A stretch of 59,460 bases of DNA, the filler included, from Sphacelaria rigidula (lineage: Eukaryota): assembly GCA_964200075.2 (NCBI GenBank). It is 6 parts of 6 records of this genome, joined end to end, with 100 filler letters (N's around TTAATTAATTAA, not from the genome) between each part and the next. Parts side by side here need not be neighbours in the genome. Positions count along the whole stretch, not along the records: positions 49,635 to 59,460 come from CAXNAA020007678.1; 5 more parts are not named here. One strand, written 5' to 3'. Below, in pieces: positions 50,521 to 59,460 of this stretch; position 1 is the stretch's first letter; the number at the start of each line of letters is the position of its first letter. The notes under the pieces were generated by a model that searched no databases, was not told where the DNA came from, and was given only the letters and a program-made list of their open reading frames with translations. The position numbers were made by a program, and so were the translations under genes.

Positions 50521-53236
50521 CATGTTCGTGACATTACGTGAGCAACGCGCGTGGAACCGCCAAGTTGCGGGGTCGAGAGTGGAGTGAGGGAGGGCGACCT
50601 CAGTTGGTTTTTTACGTTGTTAAGCGTTTAGTCAACGCATGACTCATAGCTCCGCTCGATTAACCATACAATCTAGCCCGCTGCAAACCTGTTGGGTGAA
50701 ACTAAAACTCGCGAGCGACTCGTTTTAGCACCCACGCGGTTTACAGAATCACTACTTCCACCCGCATGGGTCCACCAATGTTCGTGGCACGAACTTGCGT
50801 CATGGCGCCGGGTATCGGCGATCGACCCCCGTGGCCCGCAGCAACATTTCCCATGGCCCTGTGAATGTCTCGAGTGGGGACTCCACTGAGCCCGAGGGGT
50901 AATGTTACATATTCCCTTCGGGTCATGGTCAAGGTTGGGTTGGGTTAAATTGGGATATTAATTGTGGGATGATCAGCATGTGGCACGAGGGATCACTTTG
51001 TAGACCATTGGCAACACTTCGGGCCCAACACTAATGTGGAGCCATGCGGGTAACATGATTGATTCTGCCCGACCTAAAAGCAACGACCTACGCCCACACT
51101 ATGGTCATGCTCCAAAATGGCCAGTCTGATAGAGGCCGGATCCTTGAACAAGAGGCCGCGGACGCCAGAAGGGCTACGCTAGGCTTGTCCCCATTTTTTC
51201 CCGAATGAACCGTAGGATTCAAGTCAAAGTCGTCCTCAGGTTTCCGAGCGGCTCAGAGGACTTGAATAAGACGAGTCTCCGCTTTCCTATAAAGCTTGTC
51301 AGACGTGACTCATTACGAGCCATAGCCCGCTGGATGTGTGGGGTAGTGCATGGCGTTGAATAATAAGCCGTGCAACTTGAAAAATAAACGCAAGAATCTC
51401 GCTTGGAAAACGTTCACCACTGGAACACTTAATGAAAAATAGCGCTATTTCCCATCGTTATAACGGACCTGGATAGTGTACAACCCATTTGAGGTTCATC
51501 ATGATTTCTGTCGACGCTCCTTTCGCGCCTGCAGACCTGATGCATATCTACATTTGAGGTCTACGCAACTGCATCGTTTACGTTTCTATCACCATTTTTA
51601 CGAGCGCTCCAACTCGCCAGTCGTAGCCCTCAAATTTGCTGAGGGCTTTCACGCGTGACTTACAGACACAGCCCGCCATGAACGAACATGAAATTGAGGC
51701 ACGCCTTAACGTCTTGATTCTTTGGTCGCCAGGGTGGGCCATTCACGTCTTGTATATTTTTCAAGTGAAGATGATGCCGATTCAGCAGATTGCCCACTGC
51801 GGCGGTCGAAGGGTTGGTCACGAAAATGCTGTTCCAGCACTGTAGAACTTTGGATGGGAGAATGGCGTGCGGCTTTCAAGCAAGCCTCGTTGCTCAAGGC
51901 TTTGGGCGCTAACTCCCTCAGACGGACCCTAGATGACCACTGGAAGTTGTTGGATTGGTGCTTTGATTAAACAAACACGGAAAAGGTTGGGGACCACGGA
52001 AAATATAGTCCATGTTGTCATCGGGAGTGGTGCTCGCAAACAAAAAAAAGACCCGCTCACCTAGGGCTTTGGGGTTACACCTATTGGCGTTGTACGGGCT
52101 TCGAGGTTCAGCCGCTGATTTTGGCCGTCTTTGGCCTGAAATTCTTCAGCAATCAATGCGGAAAAAAGCGTGCAAGCAGGTACGGTGTTCTGGTGTGTGT
52201 GTATGCTCTTGTTTTGCTGAGGCTGGTGGGTACTATAACGAACGGGCTTGAACAACCTAAATGAGCGCCGATGGATGTAAAACAAGCGAGGAGAGCGCGC
52301 AAGAAAAGATTGTGCGATTGCACGTTGCCGGACATGTGTGTATGGCTCAGGGTTTTTGGGTAAATCACTTTCTTCGACTACAGAGAGGCTCTACATAACT
52401 ACCGATCCTAAGTCGAGCCCGTGTGCAGATATTCCCCCTTGACCGCCAGAGGGGGTAATGCGTTGAATCGACACCGTTTTCACTTGAACAGTGACTAATA
52501 TCCAAATAGGCGACCCTGGTTGTCAAATGAATGCATAGCAGGGAAGAAACGGACTAGGCAAGCATGCGAAGACCTGATAACACAGTAATGGCTTCATGTC
52601 GTAGATTATCTCGATCAGCCAGCGATGGCAGCGATGGTAGCGTGGCAGGCCGCGCGATGGTCATATACTTTTGTGATTGCCAGTAGCTGCCCTGGGCGCG
52701 GGACAATTCGTTTTCGCCGCCGGCCGAATTCTGCATGCGCCATCAAGGCAATCAATAAGCGATGGGATGCATCGACGAGAAGCTCGCGTTGGCCGCCCGC
52801 CCAGGCTGTCTCAGCCTGTGTGGCCGGCACATGACACTAGCGATAGGCGATGTGACCACGGACAACGTGCTTGCTGTGACCCACATAAGCGCCACTGCTG
52901 CAGACGCCTCTGCTGCACGGGAAGCCAAGTCTGACTGTGTGGGGTGGTGAGGGCGTACTTTGTTCAGTCCTTGCGAGACGTTCTGCCGGCACGCGGCGGG
53001 AGAATCTGTGCTGAGAATTGGCCTTCTCATGGCTTCCAATGGCGTTGGATATGTGTAGATCACCCGCAGGCCACGGTTGCTAAAGGGTTGGTAGAAATCA
53101 GGCTTAGCTTCTCACCCTATACGTGCTCCATGAAAGCGGGTCGGGTCTGCGCAGTAGCATGCGGCATGTTTACACACCAATTAAGCACAACTGCCACCAC
53201 TACCACTATCTGCAATATCGTGCACGTTTTTTTCAG

Positions 53237-56200
53237 ATTGAGAGCACCCATGTTGGAGCCATCACAACGGTAAGGTTCAATCTCGTCGATCAGTACGCGT
53301 ACTCCGGCGATTGGGCGTGGATTCTGGGCGGTGTTGACCCCACCTTTACCGTTGACGACGCGAACGACCTCAGCTCCGTCGAGGTGTCCGAACAGTTCGA
53401 CGAAAGGTGAAACGGGAGATAGCCGCAATACATAGAAAACGACGATCCTTCCCAGTGATACTGTATGGCATCACGCAGCACGCTAATTACATGACACGTA
53501 GAGGGTTGCAAACCATATACGGGTAGATTTCCAGACATTTTTTTGTCATGGACATCGACGGACGATGTGTGTCGGTCAGACTGTGGATGCTTTGAGGCGT
53601 ATCACCGTTCACGCCGTTTGATAATATCAAGCCATGTCATCAAGAAGAAACGTAGACGTCGTATAACTTGAAAGTATACCTGGTAGCCTGTGAGATCTGG
53701 TCCCAATATCCACAACAGCCCAGCAGTTGCGCCTTGCTGCCCAATTGTACATGCGCGACCTCGAACGTTTGACACAATCTACTCGCAGGGCGTCGAGCGG
53801 GCTCGGCCTCAACGACACGATATCCCACGTTTCGAGAAGCAAAGAATAGCGAGTCCTTTCCAGAGCAATCCACAATCGGGGCAGTGCGGGCACAAAACCT
53901 GTTGATTTAGGTGTTTCATTGAGTCGTGATGGCGACGGGACCGTGCTGGCTGTTGCGTTTCACCCGTACGTGTGATGACGCTCACCCACGTGCCGAAAAA
54001 CAAATATAAATGATCAGGTGCTGGTTTTATTTCGGACGCGCGATGGAGTTGAGCGAGGCATTCTTGTGCTCTCCAGATCCTGATTCTACCTTGGCGGGCC
54101 TTCAATCTACATCCACCGTTCGCGCGTACCAGTACGGGAGCCTGACGTTTTACTCCTCGTTTGCGGGGAATGGTTCGCTGTGGCTTTCGAGGCACGAGTT
54201 TTATACCTACGCGATGGTGCAGAGCTTCTACACCTGCGGTATAACCGTGCAAGCCCTCGACTCGCCAACGGTGGGTGTTTGCTCGCAGGCTTTTTTTTTA
54301 TTTGTCCTCCATATCTTCCGCGGGGGAGGGGGGGGGGGAGGTCTGCAACCAATTGAGGGCAACTTACGCCAGCGAGTTTCTTTAGCCATGTCGCTCTGAG
54401 ACCTCGCGACACAGTGGTACTCCCTCCGCTCAGCCACTTGCACAATTCGACTACCCTCACTACAAGCCTCAGTGTGGTATTTTACGCCCGATGTTATGGA
54501 CATTGCTTTTACTGTTGTCTCCTTGTTCAGGAGTATCCGCGCGACAGGCTCACATACACATACACAGGCACCACCTCGTGCTTCTGTTGTGATTCACTTG
54601 CTAAGCACGTCCCCACTTCCGTGCCCACTTCTGTGGTATTACGTGTCGAACACCACCCTGCAGCTAATTATTGTCGTCCCCTATCGGGCTCCATTCGCTT
54701 TGCAGGTGAACACCACTACGGACCTAACGGTGACCGCGATACCAGAGACGGGGAATACCTGTGCGGTGGGGGGTGGTATAGAATTGCGGTGAGGAGCTCG
54801 GTCACTTTTCACTGAACCATTACTCGCGAGGAGCAAGGACGTTCTTTCCGACGAGTGCGCCACCTTCCGCCATCCTGATTTATTGCCGCAGAGATCAACC
54901 CGCCAATATTTCCTGTATCCAGAGTAGATACGGCAAATCAGCGGCCCACCAGCAGGTTCGACATTCCATGTTCTCCAGTTGTCATATCTTCCATCCTAGA
55001 AGTGTCGACCTAGACCCCACGGATCTCCTCGCATAATCGTTGCTGACTTGCGGGATTGATGATACAACACGATGCGAATGCCCGACCGCCACAAGGATGG
55101 GGTCTTGATCATTGGCAGACAGGTACGGCTCTTGATACGGCCCAGCGACGTTGCGCATTTCAATACGACACACACATGACAGGATCAGGACCGGTCATAT
55201 TGTATCACCAGTCGTAACGGATGTGGAGACATGGACGTATTTTGTCGGACGACTTATGAACCTTACATTGGAGAGGACGGAACTCTCCATCCGGCTTCCC
55301 TACAAGGGATATCACTCCATCGAGGTACGTGCGGCTGCCACTTTGTCACTTCCATCTACGGTAGGTATGATGCTCACGCTACACTCGTGTGGTGTCCGCT
55401 CTGCGTGAATTTTAGCGATGATCAATTCTTGTGATGCCTCCGGGCGATTCGGTGAAACCGATGAACAACGATAAGTAGACGATGAACGTTGCACGATTAC
55501 CACGAAACCTTGCATCGGAACGGCTCGTTATTCAGATATTCCTTTCCACTATGTAGCACCATTAAATCTCTATTTTACCACCGTTTCCCGCGAAGAGTGT
55601 CTCCTTCGCGATGACGGTGTCTTACTTTGAATCGCGTCAAAACGTTTGCGCCGGAATATGATATCAAATACTTACTGTCGGCCAACGTTAGTTGCCTCCC
55701 GCACGCTGCCGTTGCTCCTCGCAAAACAGATACTCTTGAGTAGCGGCGCTGTGTTGGATACCTTGCACGTGACGGCGTTTGCTTCGGACCCCTACGCACC
55801 ATCGTGTCAAGGTCAGTCGAGTTTGAGGTTTAGTGCACTAGTGGATATCTAAACAACCTGCTTGTATTTTTTACGTTATTACTGCGCAGATGCAACAGAG
55901 CAGAAGAGCGAGGGGTTTCGTTTCCGTAGAGACTCTTGAGCGCACTCTACATCACTACTGAGCAATTTAGGCTTAAAGTTCCATCAACGTCAAGTCATAT
56001 CGACCCGTGTTTACGAACACTAAGGCGTTCGAACAGGCCTGACGAGGGAAAGCGTACCCAGCGTGTCCTACTTCTGACGTGATGTAACTATTCAAACACT
56101 GATGCATACGACCGAAGGCAGAGGCAGCCCCTCTCGCACATATGCCGTGGTAAGTCGTTCAACTGTGTGGATCAGAGGTGATGGTGAAACCTATCAGGAG

Positions 56201-58885
56201 CAAATACCGAGAGTCTAGCCCTTACTTGACTTTCGTTACCAGGTCCTACTTCGAGGAAGGAATAGCGTGCAAAGAATAGCCACGATCATTGTTATTGGCA
56301 CCCTCTAGGTAGCGTAACGCATAGCACTCATAAGAATGGCGAAAATCCTGGAGTGAGCTTCCGGTGTCCAACGGTTAGAGCGAGTCTGCGCCTCGCAACT
56401 ACCTTTCCTTTGCTATCACTGCACCGGCAATGTGTCTTGTGATGGTAGACGAAAGCTAGTTCCGGGCTCCAGGTTCACTCTCATCATTGGGCGTCGGAAG
56501 CTCACTCCAGGGTTATTGCCCCTGTAAATTAGCGCTACTGTTAACCTTACATCGGTGGTTGTTATGGTAACCAACGTGAGCTCATTTCGTCGTTCGAGTT
56601 CCCCTTGATTTTCGACCACCTTCTTCAGAAGAAAATTGCGACCCAGAATAGTCACAATATATCTGCTCGGCATCTCGTGTTAGGGCCAAGAGTAGTACTG
56701 ACTACGAGAGCAGCAACACTGAAGTGAAATGCCGAGGTCCGACGACCAGAGAAAGCCCGTACCCTGTCATTGTAAGAACAAAAAATAATCCGTAGTTTCT
56801 GGCTCACTCTCCATATTGTCATGTGATATTTTACCTCAACGTTCTCGAGGGAACAGTTCAGTAAACGATCACCGTGTATGATGTGCAAACTATGTCTCCC
56901 AAGGCTCGATTTCCGTCAGGAGTAGACAAGGCAATGCGCACTGTTCTTTGTAGTATGTGCGGCGCCCGCTCGAAGTGCATGCACTGCCTACTATATTAAT
57001 CAATGCCAAGTCCACTATTTGTTCCCCCACTCCTCTCCCCTCGCCACCCCTCTTACTTCCCTCGCTGCCCCTCTTGCCCGCACGCACGCGTTTAAGTAAC
57101 GGAGCGGCCGCCCGGCTCCCTTCCCATCGGCTCATCTATATTCATGTCGTTGACGTCTCGAGATTTTTACTCCAACGAAATATCGGAATCCTGGGGTGTC
57201 GACGCTTTCCAGTCGTGGACGTTTAATGCCATCCTCAATATGAGCCTCGCCACCGTGGTGGACAATCGGGAGGGATCATACTCAGTGTCGTCGAGCGTGC
57301 AGAATGTCACAGGCACCACGTTCCTTTTTGTGGAGAGAAACGGTCTAGGGGTCCCTGGAAGCCCCTTCGAGGTGAGAGTTATTTCGTTGCTGCGTCCGCC
57401 CGGTGAGTGAACATACATGGACGCGCGAGGAACGGCGTTGGTGTATGCAAATTGTTCCCCTTGTTTTCGAAGCCGGAGGGTTACCTTGCTCTCTCGCAAT
57501 TTTGGGTTCGAGACCCCTCCATTCCTTTTGGCCTCGTGCATGGGTCGGGGTGTTCATGAGTCAGGCCTCTCCTTGTGCACTTCCGCTGTTTTTTGCAACT
57601 CTTGTTGAGTACATAGATGAATTAGCGCAGATGCCTCACCGTTCATGTATCCAAATCGAGAGAGACGTCACGAGAAGATTTTGGTTAGATGGAGTACTCT
57701 TCAATCCCGTTTTGGCCCTTTCTCTCACGTCACGCGTGGGATCCATTTTTCATGTGTCTCCCCTCCGCTTCACCTTGGTCTCACGGCATAACGCAAATCT
57801 CTTCGCAAGACAAGACTTCTGCACATATGTTTCGGGGGGAACGAGTCGCACTTTCGTCGCCGCGCAACCGTGGACGATTACAACCCGTTGAGAGAACGCG
57901 CGTGCTCGTGCTCATGCCCATACCACAACTTCTCAGCACACCCGCACATCTCGCGAGTGACACGCACATACACACAAGCACACAAGCACACAAGCACACA
58001 AACACAGTATCATGTGGCCTCGCACGTAGGTGTACTTTTTCGGACCGTCGACGTGCCAAGTTTTCTCTAGCGTGGGCGAGTGTGGGTCAAGTCTAACCCG
58101 GAAAGTCGAGCAGCAGTGGGCCGCCAACTCGGCGTGCAGCGGGATATTCGATGCACCGGCGAGTTACGATGTCCCGTGCGGTGAGTGCGTTGACTGTCTC
58201 CCTCCCTCCCCCCCCTGTTGGTAATATACGTTGACACCACGCATGATAATATCTCGATTTCCACGACCGAGATTTTCGAGCACTCTGCTTTTTCTCACCT
58301 TTGCTGAGTTCGTACAACCGGCTAGATGCGAAGCTGGCACTCCAGCCCGCCCATACCAAACGCCTTCCTGGTTGACTTGAAATCACGCAGGAATACCCAT
58401 CGAGGTAACGGTCCCTCTAGATTTACTGCAGGTTGCAAATACTTGAGGGGGTCGTGGAACTTCTTTAGCGAGTCTAAGAACTCAGTACGGAATCCTTGTC
58501 GGTGTGGGGCGTGTGCGAAATACCAAGTGCGGAGAGGGAATATTCGCAATCCAAGAGGACATATTGACGACACTGATCATATTCTGGCATTTTAGAAAGC
58601 AAAAACAGGTCGCCCGTGGTTAGTTTGTACTGCAGCTTTGCTGTGCACGACAGCGGTTGACTGACCCGCCTATTGCGACTTCTGCAATGACAGGTTATCG
58701 GCGAAATACCACCACCCACACAAGAGCTGTGAACTGAAAGACTTCGCGGACGTCCTGCTGTTCGTCCTTTGTCCACAGGGTATGTCGCCGTGAACTCTGG
58801 CCTAGGGCAGATCATGATCTCGTGTTCAATGTTTGCCGCGCTGTACGCATCGCTCTATCTCGTGTGGATTCGACGACATCGTCAG
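53237..58885 (+). CDS. Multi-exon gene (partial): filamin/Ig-like repeats, Cys-rich linker and first TM helix of a probable class-C-GPCR-like (7tm_3) receptor
   Basis: Exons 53237-53406, 54077-54270, 54706-54788, 55183-55324, 55730-55811, ~57163-57371, 58071-58180 and 58779-58885. Most adjacent pairs are phase-compatible; some linking exons were not resolved. Confidence 0.65.
57163..57371 (+). CDS. Filamin/ABP280-type repeat exon
   Basis: DFYSN...VVDNREGSYSVS...G...FVERNGLGVPGSPFE|GTGAG. The acceptor (CGAG) is atypical, so the start is approximate. Confidence 0.75.
58779..58885 (+). CDS. Exon encoding a transmembrane helix (GYVAVNSGLGQIMISCSMFAALYASLYLVWIRRHRQ)
   Basis: CCTTTGTCCACAG|GG phase 1 matches the end of 58071-58180; donor CAG|GTAAG. 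Confidence 0.75.
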
Positions 58886-59386
58886 GTAAGGCCCGAAAAA
58901 GAGTCCAGAATGTTTTCCCAGTGAATTTGCAGCCTGAGTTCAGTTCGGAACAGCAAAGACACTGCTGATATCGACCGATTCGTTGGCTTGTGCAAAATCT
59001 GCCATTATGGGGACAGAAATGACATTACTGACGCGCTGGTTTCTCGACCGATGCAAACTGATGAATAGTTTTAGAGATGTCTATTGTGGGATAAACGTGC
59101 GAGGTTTTGAACCGTGTGCGTACATCTCTTCACGAAACACAAAGTTACAGAAACTATCTGCACTCGGAGAGAGCTTCTGGCATAAATGCGAACATAAGTG
59201 AGTGCAGAACATGTAGACTTCGGGGAAAAGCAGCAGCACTGGTCTCAATAAAACACCGTCAGTATGTTCGTTTTCGTAATTGCATCGTGAGCTTTTCTCT
59301 TTTGCAAAGCAATATTGCGGAAACCGAATGGGATCGACGCATGGCTCTCCTACTCCTCCCATGTGCGACGAGCTGGGACAGCTGAC

Positions 59387-59460
59387 AACAGCCGATCATC
59401 TATGTTGAGGATGGTGCTTTTGATTGAGGATGAGAACCCGGAGGATTAAAATCTTCGTAT
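59387..59460 (+). mobile_element. Terminus of a TIR element (contig breaks inside it)
   Basis: Matches 39709-39775 in reverse complement and resembles the left arm of 47854-48264. Confidence 0.75.

Noticed and set aside
51476-52290. Short ORFs as a gene
   Set aside because: No recognisable motifs or consistent splice chain; possibly decayed coding sequence.
52815-52945. Extra upstream exon of the receptor gene
   Set aside because: Plausible composition, but its donor phase does not match the exon at 53237; left uncalled.
39709-59460. Giant element bounded by inverted repeats at 39709 and 59460, or contigs 6 and 5 being adjacent
   Set aside because: The ends lie on different contigs and point outward from the interval. 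Their flanks (TGAC vs TTTA) do not form a TSD, so they are separate copies.

Overview
This is eukaryotic, intron-rich DNA. Gene style, repeat families and splice sites point to a brown alga (stramenopile); that assignment is an inference. The window is not one locus. It is six unrelated contigs of 9,826-9,827 bp (1-9827, 9928-19754, 19855-29681, 29782-39608, 39709-49534, 49635-59460), joined by an artificial 100-bp linker (44 N + TTAATTAATTAA + 44 N), so nothing should be inferred across linkers. Four partial genes were rebuilt by hand from phase-compatible splice sites: (1) a >1,140-aa disordered protein with a PTxSS motif and many CDK-type sites; (2) a divergent kinesin with a GC-AG intron; (3) an NBAS/Sec39 homologue with an internal UBA domain; (4) a probable class-C-GPCR-like receptor with filamin/Ig-like repeats in its ectodomain. 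The rest is mostly transposons: LINE RT copies and many LINE 3' tails, tRNA-derived SINEs, a decayed chromodomain Ty3/Gypsy, a Tc1/mariner-type non-autonomous element, a long-TIR foldback family with a 4-bp TSD, and a Cys-rich 520-aa ORF that may belong to an Academ-like transposon. Two small TIR elements are filled with 42-43-bp phased palindromic motif arrays. One of these has unique spacers and looks superficially like CRISPR, but it is bounded by TIRs. No database searches were run; all family assignments come from motif recognition.
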